From NCBI GenBank assembly GCA_903851465.1, contig CAINOI010000030.1, positions 22,795-86,794 of the forward strand: a DNA stretch of 64,000 bases, written 5' to 3'. Of the stretch, positions 57,006-64,000 are shown piece after piece. The notes beneath the pieces are model-generated. The model was not told where the DNA came from. It searched no databases and saw only the letters and a list, made by a program, of their open reading frames with translations. Within the stretch, counting starts at the first letter, position 1. The number at the start of each line of letters is the position of its first letter. A program made the translations under genes and the position numbers. The DNA comes from an uncultured Bacteroidota bacterium (GTDB lineage: Bacteria > Bacteroidota > Bacteroidia > Chitinophagales > Chitinophagaceae).

Positions 57006-57045
57006 GGGTCCAAAAGGGGCTAAAAATGGGTCTAAAGGGTCAAAA
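57006..57045 (+). repeat. Degenerate 10-12 bp tandem repeat of GGG(G)+Y-rich+A-tract
   Basis: GGGTCCAAAA GGGGCTAAAAAT GGGTCTAAA GGGTCAAAA. Confidence 0.65.
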
Positions 57046-57047
57046 TA

Positions 57048-57308
57048 TTATTTAACTTCCTCAAAATCAATGTAATCGGCGTCTTTTTTCCCCGAGTCCT
57101 TATTTGATTTTGGCGCTTCTTTAGGCGCATTTTGGTTCGTAAATCCGGTATAATTGGCGTTTTGACCTTGCGCTTCGGCCATTTTTCGCTGCATTTCCTC
57201 CATATTTTGACGAACAGTTTTGACCCCTTTGCGCACGGGAAGCACCACATTAAATACCAGTTTGTACAATAGGTAGATTAGAAATCCGTAAATTAAAAGC
57301 TTGGTCAT
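57048..57308 (-). CDS. DUF4834-like small membrane protein
   Basis: N-terminal TM helix and C-terminal DYIDFEEVK. Confidence 0.75.
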   Translation of the reverse strand: MTKLLIYGFLIYLLYKLVFNVVLPVRKGVKTVRQNMEEMQRKMAEAQGQNANYTGFTNQNAPKEAPKSNKDSGKKDADYIDFEEVK

Positions 57309-57312
57309 ACCA

Positions 57313-57320
57313 CAAAAATA
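57313..57320 (-). promoter_or_regulatory. -7 element TATTTTTG, 4 nt before the ATG
   Basis: Minus strand TATTTTTG-TGGT-ATG. Confidence 0.55.
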
Positions 57321-57362
57321 CGGTGAGATTGAATAAAATTGGGTGAATTCATCCTCTTTTAT

Positions 57363-57370
57363 TACCTTTG
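57363..57370 (+). promoter_or_regulatory. -7 element TACCTTTG for rimP-nusA-infB
   Basis: Exact TAnnTTTG upstream of the leader hairpin. Confidence 0.7.
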
Positions 57371-57391
57371 GTCTAGAATAAGCAGAGAAAT

Positions 57392-57424
57392 GAAGGGAAC
57401 GAAATCGTTCCCTTCTTCTTTTTT
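57392..57424 (+). terminator. Terminator-like hairpin in the rimP leader (candidate attenuator)
   Basis: GAAGGGAACG-AAAT-CGTTCCCTTC followed by TTCTTTTTT, ending 4 nt before the ATG at 57429. Confidence 0.7.
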
Positions 57425-57428
57425 AACT

Positions 57429-57899
57429 ATGGAAGTAAACGAATTAAAAGACAGGATACATTCCTTATTAGAACCTTTTTTACTAGAGGATCCAAGCTAT
57501 TTTTTGGTGCATATCAAAGTGAAGCCTGGACATATAATAAGAGTCTATATTGATGGTGACCAAGGTTTGCCTATCAAACAGTGTACTTCTTTTAATAGGA
57601 GATTATACAAGGCCATCGAAGAAGCTGCTTGGTTTCCAGAAGGTGATTTTGCCTTGGAAGTTTCTTCGCCTGGTGTAGAGGAGCCTTTGATTTTAAACAG
57701 ACAATATGTAAAAAATATTGGGCGCACCGTAGAAGTGATATTGAACGACGAAGCTGTTTTTACGGGCATAATGAAAGAAGTAACTGACAAGGCTATTTTA
57801 ATAGAGTGGACGGCAGGCAAGGGTAAAAAAGCAACCCAAGAAACCATGCTTATTCCATTTGATAATATAAAATCAACTATAGTTCAAATTCAATTTTAA
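57429..57899 (+). CDS. rimP: Ribosome maturation factor RimP
   Basis: VYIDGDQG, LEVSSPGVEEPL, YVKNIGR; first gene of the nusA-infB operon. Confidence 0.93.
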   Translation: MEVNELKDRIHSLLEPFLLEDPSYFLVHIKVKPGHIIRVYIDGDQGLPIKQCTSFNRRLYKAIEEAAWFPEGDFALEVSSPGVEEPLILNRQYVKNIGRTVEVILNDEAVFTGIMKEVTDKAILIEWTAGKGKKATQETMLIPFDNIKSTIVQIQF

Positions 57900-57938
57900 C
57901 AAATCTCAAGCTTGATCGCTTGATAAAAAAATGATGTT

Positions 57939-59189
57939 ATGGCAAGTATTAATTTAATTGAAGCTTTCGCGGAGTTTAAAGACGCTGAAAATATAGATCG
58001 TCCTACGATGATGAAAGTAGTAGAAGATGTATTCAAAACCTTATTGAGAAAAAAATATGGTAGCGATGAAAACTTTGATGTAATCGTAAATGCTGAAAAA
58101 GGCGACTTGGAAATCATTCGTCGTCGTGAAATCCGACCAGATGATGATGTAGATAATCCTTTAGCAGAAGTTTCATACTCTGACGCAATCAAGATAGAGC
58201 CTGACTTTGAGATAGGTGAGGAGTTATTAGAGGAAGTGAATATTTATGATTTTGGACGTCGTGCTATCTTAGCTGCAAAGCAAACTTTGGCATCTCGTAT
58301 CAACGACTTAAAGAAAAATGTTTTAGTTCAAAAATATTCTGACAGAATTGGTGAAATCATCAATGCTGAAATTTATCAGGTGTGGAAGAAGGAAGTATTG
58401 TTATTGGACGAAGAAGGCAACGAATTAATTCTTCCAAAGACAGAACAAATTCCTCAAGATTTTTTCAAGAAGGGAGAAACAATCAGAGCGGTTATTGCAA
58501 GAGTGGATATGAAAAACAATTCACCAGTGATTATCTTATCTAGAACAAGCCCATTATTCTTAGCAAAATTATTAGAAATAGAAGTACCAGAAATTTTCGA
58601 TGGATTAATTACGATTAAGAAAATTGTTCGTGAGCCAGGTGAAAGAGCAAAAGTAGCAGTTGAATCATTTGATGATCGTATAGATCCAGTTGGTGCTTGT
58701 GTGGGTATGAAAGGTTCTCGTATTCATGGTATTGTGAGAGAATTAAAGAATGAAAATATTGATGTCATTAATTTTACTACGAATACGCAGTTATTGATTC
58801 AACGTTCATTAACGCCTTCAAAAATTAGTTATATGAATATTGATGCCGATCGTAAGCGTGCAGAAGTATACTTACAATCAGATCAAGTTTCTTTAGCAAT
58901 TGGTCGTCGTGGTGTGAACATCAAATTGGCTTCTGAACTAACTGGCTATGAATTAGATGTGTATCGTGAAGACGAAGAGATTGTAGACGAGTTTGATATC
59001 GATTTAGATGAATTTAGCGATGAGATTGAGGCATGGATCATCGATGAGTTTAAGCGTGTAGGCTGTGATACAGGAAGAAGTGTATTGAAATTAAGCGCTG
59101 AAGAATTAGAAAAAAGAACTGACTTAGAAGTGGAGACCATCGCGGAAGTCCGCCGTGTCTTAACAGAAGAGTTTGCTAAAGGTGAATAA
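57939..59189 (+). CDS. nusA: Transcription factor NusA
   Basis: FGRRAILAAKQ, S1 and KH domains, REPGERAKVAV, DPVGACVGMKGSRI, LAIGRRGVNIKLAS. Confidence 0.98.
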   Translation: MASINLIEAFAEFKDAENIDRPTMMKVVEDVFKTLLRKKYGSDENFDVIVNAEKGDLEIIRRREIRPDDDVDNPLAEVSYSDAIKIEPDFEIGEELLEEVNIYDFGRRAILAAKQTLASRINDLKKNVLVQKYSDRIGEIINAEIYQVWKKEVLLLDEEGNELILPKTEQIPQDFFKKGETIRAVIARVDMKNNSPVIILSRTSPLFLAKLLEIEVPEIFDGLITIKKIVREPGERAKVAVESFDDRIDPVGACVGMKGSRIHGIVRELKNENIDVINFTTNTQLLIQRSLTPSKISYMNIDADRKRAEVYLQSDQVSLAIGRRGVNIKLASELTGYELDVYREDEEIVDEFDIDLDEFSDEIEAWIIDEFKRVGCDTGRSVLKLSAEELEKRTDLEVETIAEVRRVLTEEFAKGE

Positions 59190-59203
59190 CCTTTAAATAG
59201 AAG

Positions 59204-59211
59204 TATATTTG
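59204..59211 (+). promoter_or_regulatory. Candidate internal -7 element upstream of infB
   Basis: Exact TATATTTG in the nusA-infB gap. Confidence 0.55.
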
Positions 59212-59257
59212 TAAAAGGAACGCGTCTCTGTTCAAAAAAGAGGCAAAAAACATTAGA

Positions 59258-62137
59258 ATGTCAGAATTGAAACTACCAAGACTGTTAGCAGCTGCTAAAG
59301 AATTCAACATCGGTCAAGATACCTTGATTGAATTCCTTAGTACAAAAGGTTTTCCTAAGGACGACCTTAAGCCAACGGCCAAATTAACTGAAAGTCAGTA
59401 TTATGCTTTGCAGGCAGAATTCCAAAGCGACAAGGTTGCCAAGAATAAGGCGGACCATGTGGAATTGCCAAAAAATGCAGTAGCAGACAAAGGCAAAAAA
59501 GCAGAGGAAGAAATTGCTCCTGCAAAAAAAGCAGTTGTTGCTGAAACACCAGTTGTGGAAACTCCAAAAGCAGCAGCCCCAGTGCCTGAAGTGGCGCCAG
59601 CCCCTAAGGAGGTAGCTCCTGCTAAAGTTAAAGTAGAAGCAACGGAGGTGGAAGCCCCGAAAGTGGTCAATAAGATAGACCTTTCTTTAATTGACTCATC
59701 TACAAGACCTAAAAAAGCGACTAAAAAAACGGAGGAACCTGCGCCTAAAGCGACAGCTCCAAAAGCAAGTCCAGCAAAAGCGACTGCTAAAAAAGAAGAG
59801 CCTACACCAGCTCCAAAAGCGGCACCGGTAGATCATTCTATCGCTCCAGAAAATGTGCATGGTGCAATTACCAATATCCAAGCAGATAAATTAACGGGTC
59901 CAGTTATTTTAGGTAAAATTGATTTACCAATTAATAGTGATACTAGACCAAAACCTTTAACTCAGGAAGAAAAGCGCGTTCGTAAGCGTATCCCAGTGAC
60001 TGGCAGACCTAATCAACCAGGTCAAGGTGGACAAACGCAAGGCGGCGGTTATCAAGGCAATCGTCCTCAGGGTGGTCAAGGTGGTGGTTATCAAGGCAAT
60101 CGTCCTCAAGGTGGACAAGGTGGCGGCTATCAAGGCAATCGTCCTAATAATGGAACGCGTCCAGGACAAGGTGGTGCAAGAGGAAGAAATATGCCACAAA
60201 CTGCTGAGCAAAAAGAAATCGATCAGAAAGCAATTCAAGATAAGATCAAGGAAACGCAAGCTAAATTATCAGGCCAAGGTGGTCGAGGTAAGGGTACGAA
60301 ATCTAAGTATCGTCGTCAAAGAAGAGAAGAAGCTGCTGAAAATGAAAATAATGAACAAAGAGAAGACAATAAATTACAGGTAACAGAATTTGTAACTGTA
60401 AGTGAGTTGTCTAGCTTAATGGATGTAAGCTTTGCTGATATCATTAGCAAGTGTATGAACTTAGGTATCATGGTGTCAATCAATCAACGTTTAGATGCGG
60501 AGGTGATTGAATTGGTTGCAAGTGAATTTGGATTTGAAGTTGAATTCGTTGGATTGGAAGATGTAGTAGAAATGGATGAGGAAGAGGAAGCAGAAGATCA
60601 GGCGAATTTAGTTGAGCGTCCTCCAATTGTAACCATCATGGGTCACGTGGATCATGGTAAAACATCTTTATTGGATTATATCCGTAATGCGAATGTGGTT
60701 GCAGGTGAGGCCGGCGGTATCACACAACATATTGGTGCGTACGAAGTGACTTTGCCAAATGGTAAAGCCATTACTTTCTTGGATACACCAGGTCACGAAG
60801 CCTTTACAGCGATGCGTGCTCGTGGTGCCAAAGTAACTGACATTGCAATTATCGTGGTGGCTGCAGATGATGCGGTGATGCCACAAACTAAAGAGGCCAT
60901 TAGTCACTCACAAGCGGCAAATGTGCCAATGATTTTTGCAGTGAATAAAATTGATAAGGACGGTGCACAACCTCAAAAGATATACGAGCAATTATCTCAA
61001 ATGAATATTTTAGTAGAAGCTTGGGGTGGTAAGTTCCAAAACCAAGAATTGTCAGCTAAGCAAGGATTGAATGTAGATGCTTTATTAGAGAAAGTATTGT
61101 TAGAGTCTGAAATTTTAGATTTAAAAGCCAACCCAAATAGAGAAGGTACAGGAACGATTATCGAGGCCTCTTTAGATAAAGGTCGTGGTTTTGTTGCTAC
61201 TATACTTGTACAGAACGGAACCTTACGTCAGGGAGACTTGATTTTATCAGGACAGTTTTATGGTCGTGTTAAAGCGATGTTCAACGAACGTAACCAACGT
61301 ATCGAAGTCGCTCCTCCATCTACTCCAGTGGTGATATTAGGTTTAAATGGTGCACCACAAGCTGGTGAGAAATTCAAAGTATATGACGACGAGTCTGAAG
61401 CAAAAGAATTAGCAACCAAGCGTGCTCAATTATTAAGAGAGCAAGGTTTAAGAACTAGAAAACATATTACATTAGACGAGATTGGTCGTCGTTTAGCTTT
61501 AGGCAACTTTAAAGAATTAAACATCATCATCAAAGGTGATGTGGATGGTTCTGTAGAAGCCTTAAGTGACTCTTTACAAAAATTATCTACCGAAGAGATT
61601 GCTATTAGAGTGGTATTAAAAGGGGTGGGTCAGATTTCAGAATCTGATGTATTGCTTTCTGCTGCATCTGATGCTATCATCATTGGCTTTAATGTTCGAC
61701 CAAGTATGCAAGCAAGTCGCTTAGCAGAAACAGAAGGCGTTGAAATTAAAATGTATTCTATCATCTACAACGCAATTGATGAAATTAAGAGCGCGATGGA
61801 AGGTATGTTGGAACCAAAAATCCAAGAGAAGATTGTTGCCAATGTTGAAGTAAGAGAAGTCTACAAGTTTGATAAAGCGACTGTTGCTGGATGTTATGTA
61901 TTAGATGGCAAGTTGAGCAGAAACAGTAAGATTCGTATTATTCGTGATGGTATTGTTGAGTTCCCAAGAGGAGAAGGACAAGCCGCAGAATTAGGAAGCT
62001 TGAAGCGTTTTAAAGATGATGTGAAAGAAGTTGTTTCCAATATGGAATGTGGCTTAACCATCAAAAACTTTATTGACTTAAAGCCAGGCGATATTGTAGA
62101 AGCATTTGAGGAAGAAGAAGTTAAACGTACTTTATAA
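59258..62137 (+). CDS. infB: Translation initiation factor IF-2
   Basis: [51 protein letters not shown]. Confidence 0.99.
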   Translation: MSELKLPRLLAAAKEFNIGQDTLIEFLSTKGFPKDDLKPTAKLTESQYYALQAEFQSDKVAKNKADHVELPKNAVADKGKKAEEEIAPAKKAVVAETPVVETPKAAAPVPEVAPAPKEVAPAKVKVEATEVEAPKVVNKIDLSLIDSSTRPKKATKKTEEPAPKATAPKASPAKATAKKEEPTPAPKAAPVDHSIAPENVHGAITNIQADKLTGPVILGKIDLPINSDTRPKPLTQEEKRVRKRIPVTGRPNQPGQGGQTQGGGYQGNRPQGGQGGGYQGNRPQGGQGGGYQGNRPNNGTRPGQGGARGRNMPQTAEQKEIDQKAIQDKIKETQAKLSGQGGRGKGTKSKYRRQRREEAAENENNEQREDNKLQVTEFVTVSELSSLMDVSFADIISKCMNLGIMVSINQRLDAEVIELVASEFGFEVEFVGLEDVVEMDEEEEAEDQANLVERPPIVTIMGHVDHGKTSLLDYIRNANVVAGEAGGITQHIGAYEVTLPNGKAITFLDTPGHEAFTAMRARGAKVTDIAIIVVAADDAVMPQTKEAISHSQAANVPMIFAVNKIDKDGAQPQKIYEQLSQMNILVEAWGGKFQNQELSAKQGLNVDALLEKVLLESEILDLKANPNREGTGTIIEASLDKGRGFVATILVQNGTLRQGDLILSGQFYGRVKAMFNERNQRIEVAPPSTPVVILGLNGAPQAGEKFKVYDDESEAKELATKRAQLLREQGLRTRKHITLDEIGRRLALGNFKELNIIIKGDVDGSVEALSDSLQKLSTEEIAIRVVLKGVGQISESDVLLSAASDAIIIGFNVRPSMQASRLAETEGVEIKMYSIIYNAIDEIKSAMEGMLEPKIQEKIVANVEVREVYKFDKATVAGCYVLDGKLSRNSKIRIIRDGIVEFPRGEGQAAELGSLKRFKDDVKEVVSNMECGLTIKNFIDLKPGDIVEAFEEEEVKRTL
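60038..60145 (+). repeat. In-frame 39-bp tandem repeat (about 2.8 copies) encoding [13 protein letters not shown]
   Basis: Units start at 60038, 60077 and 60116 and differ only at synonymous positions. Confidence 0.9.
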
Positions 62138-62205
62138 AAAAATTAAGATTTGATAGTTGGGGTATTGCCCTAGCTATCAGAACTTAGCCCTTTAATTCAT
62201 ATTTG

Positions 62206-63597
62206 ATGAAAATAGTTCGCATCTTATTTGCCTTAGGTTTAATTGCCATTACTAGTGCAGCAAAAGCTCAAATCAAAAAAGTATTAGCAGATAAAATTAT
62301 TGCTACTGTCGGCGATAAATATATTTTACGTTCCGATGTAGACAATGCTATAGCAGATTACAAAAGACAAGCACAGGGACAAGAAAATATTGAATTACCA
62401 TCTGCATGTCAGGTGATAGAAGGTCAATTGATTCGTAAGGCTTTAGTATTACAAGCCGAAAAAGATTCTATTTTAGTAACAGAAGAAGAAATTGAAGTGG
62501 CTATTGATGGTCGTATCCGAAATTTCATTCAACAGTTTGGCTCTAAGGAAGTCTTAGAGGAAGTTGCTGGAAGGACTATCTTTCAATTAAAAGACGATTT
62601 TAGACTTTTAATTAAAGAACAACGATTAGCAGAGGAAATGCAAAATAAAATTGTTGACAAGATTAAGATTACCCCAAATGAGGTAAAAGCTTTTTATGCA
62701 AAAATTCCGGTAGATAGTTTGCCTTTATATGAAAGCGAAGTGCAGATTTCTGAAATCATCATGCACCCCAAAGCAAATCGCGATATCGAAGAATACGTGA
62801 TTCAACAAATGTTAGAGTACCGTAAGCAAGTCGAAGGCGGCGTGAATAAATTTGAACAATTGGTAAAATTGTACTCTGAAGATCCTAGTTCAAAAGAAAA
62901 TTTAGGGCAATTTAGCTTAAACAGAAATGTTAGAGAATTTGATCCAGCATTCATGGCTGCGTCTTTCAGGTTAAAAGAAGGTCAAATTTCTGCACCAGTG
63001 AAATCTAAGTTTGGCTACCATATCATTCAATTGATTTCTAGATCTGGTGATGAGGCAGTGGTAAAACATATTTTAAGAATCCCACCAATTACCAATGACG
63101 AAGTCAACGAAACTAAAAAATTGTTAGATAGCGTTAGAAAAGTAGTGTTAGCAAATAAGACAAGTTTTGGCGAGGCTGTGAATAAATATAGTGACGACGA
63201 ATCTAGTAAATTCAGTGGTGGAGCTGTAACAGGTCGTGATGGGTCTACTTATATCAACTTTGACCAATTGGATAAAGAGATGGTAGTTTTAATTAAAAAT
63301 ATGAAGCCAGGTGATATTTCTGAACCACAAATGTATGTGGATGATAGAGGTAGAAAAACGGTTCGTATTGTATATTATAAAGAAAAGACAGAGCCACATA
63401 AAGAAAATTTAAAAGAAGATTATAACCGTGTTTCGGTAAGGGCACTAGAAGAGAAAAAGGCTAAAGTTTTAGAATCATGGTTTAAAGAAAGAGTACCTAA
63501 TTACTATGTATTTATAGACAACGATTTCCAAGCTTGTAAAGAATTAACAGATTGGACAAAAGTGGCTAATGCAATCGTAAAGGAAAAAACATACTAG
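62206..63597 (+). CDS. surA: SurA-like periplasmic peptidyl-prolyl isomerase
   Basis: Signal peptide, DKIIATVG, parvulin motifs YSEDPSS, PVKSKFGYHIIQL, YSDDESS. Confidence 0.88.
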   Translation: MKIVRILFALGLIAITSAAKAQIKKVLADKIIATVGDKYILRSDVDNAIADYKRQAQGQENIELPSACQVIEGQLIRKALVLQAEKDSILVTEEEIEVAIDGRIRNFIQQFGSKEVLEEVAGRTIFQLKDDFRLLIKEQRLAEEMQNKIVDKIKITPNEVKAFYAKIPVDSLPLYESEVQISEIIMHPKANRDIEEYVIQQMLEYRKQVEGGVNKFEQLVKLYSEDPSSKENLGQFSLNRNVREFDPAFMAASFRLKEGQISAPVKSKFGYHIIQLISRSGDEAVVKHILRIPPITNDEVNETKKLLDSVRKVVLANKTSFGEAVNKYSDDESSKFSGGAVTGRDGSTYINFDQLDKEMVVLIKNMKPGDISEPQMYVDDRGRKTVRIVYYKEKTEPHKENLKEDYNRVSVRALEEKKAKVLESWFKERVPNYYVFIDNDFQACKELTDWTKVANAIVKEKTY

Positions 63598-63607
63598 AAA
63601 TTTCATC

Positions 63608-64000
63608 ATGAGCGACGAAATCAAACACGAATGTGGCTTAGCATTCATTAGGTTAAGAAAACCTTTATCTTACTATCTTCAAAATAGAGGGTCGGTGACC
63701 TACGGACTAAATAAGTTGTACCTTTTGATGGAGAAACAACACAATCGAGGACAAGATGGCGCAGGGATTGCAACTGTTAAACTAGATATAGAAGCAGGCA
63801 ATCCTTTTTTATATAGATTAAGAAGTAGTGCACAGCAGCCTATTGCTGATTTGTTTTATAAAGTGGGTCAAGAAATACAAGAATTAGAGCAATTTCAACC
63901 AGATATTACAAAGCATCCTGGTTTAATGAAAGGGCATTTGCCTTTTATGGGAGAATTATTATTAGGACATTTAAGATATGGCACACAAGGCAAAAACAAT
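63608..64000 (+). CDS. purF: Amidophosphoribosyltransferase, N-terminal part (3' end outside window; absent from the ORF track)
   Basis: Manual translation: MSDEIKHECGLAFIRLRK...KQHNRGQDGAG...LGHLRYGTQG. Confidence 0.88.
   Translation, partial: MSDEIKHECGLAFIRLRKPLSYYLQNRGSVTYGLNKLYLLMEKQHNRGQDGAGIATVKLDIEAGNPFLYRLRSSAQQPIADLFYKVGQEIQELEQFQPDITKHPGLMKGHLPFMGELLLGHLRYGTQGKNN

Noticed and set aside
19556-60145. Direct repeats considered as CRISPR arrays
   Set aside because: Units are 7-mers on an 11-bp period or in-frame 39-mers without unique spacers; no cas genes.
176-60907. Many short ORF-track entries overlapping long genes (e.g. 2619-3014, 43952-44224, 53733-54173, 59957-60259)
   Set aside because: Antisense or alternative-frame shadows of well-supported genes, with no motifs.
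62151-62179. Imperfect hairpin after infB
   Set aside because: Several G-U pairs and no adjacent T tract, so not called a terminator.
7561-62205. Longest-ORF starts at 7561, 11379, 14240, 19447, 19554, 28241, 30348, 34024(+), 34045(-), 35887, 43257, 54775, 57339 and 62203
   Set aside because: They run into terminators, promoters or neighbouring genes; downstream ATGs give family-typical N-termini or signal peptides.
1-64000. Mobile elements, prophage or defence systems
   Set aside because: No transposase, integrase, terminal inverted repeats or phage-like ORFs seen.

Overview
AT-rich chromosomal window from a Bacteroidota genome, probably Chitinophagaceae-like (SusC/SusD pairs, TAnnTTTG -7 promoter elements, Bacteroidota-type housekeeping genes; taxonomy is inference). 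I saw no rRNA, tRNA, CRISPR array or mobile element. Contents in order: partial TonB receptor; an enzyme-less SusC/SusD locus flanked by two paralogous secreted proteins; pabB/pabC; nhaD-pirin; a TonB receptor; two beta-propeller phosphoesterases divergent from a SusC-SusD-DUF5690-FAD oxidase-phnZ-PhnX-like phosphonate cluster; serine hydrolase-nadC-nadA-nadB; ribD/ribE-ribBA-ribH; ppk1-ppx divergent from a plcP-like-glycosyltransferase operon; cytochrome c peroxidase; a PPP-ending small ORF ahead of SulP and beta-carbonic anhydrase; a TonB receptor plus beta-helix lipoprotein; ald/Lrp; rimP-nusA-infB; surA; partial purF. The strongest signal is a phosphorus-scavenging theme. Three separate promoters (phosphonate SusCD, plcP-GT, TonB receptor-lipoprotein) carry 7-mer direct repeats (consensus about GTT[A/C]A[T/C]A) with an 11-bp period, in the same register (49, 38, 27 and 16 nt before the -7 element). 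This suggests a Pho-type regulon that includes a candidate SusCD-fed phosphonate utilisation locus. Family assignments come from motif recognition only; no searches were run.
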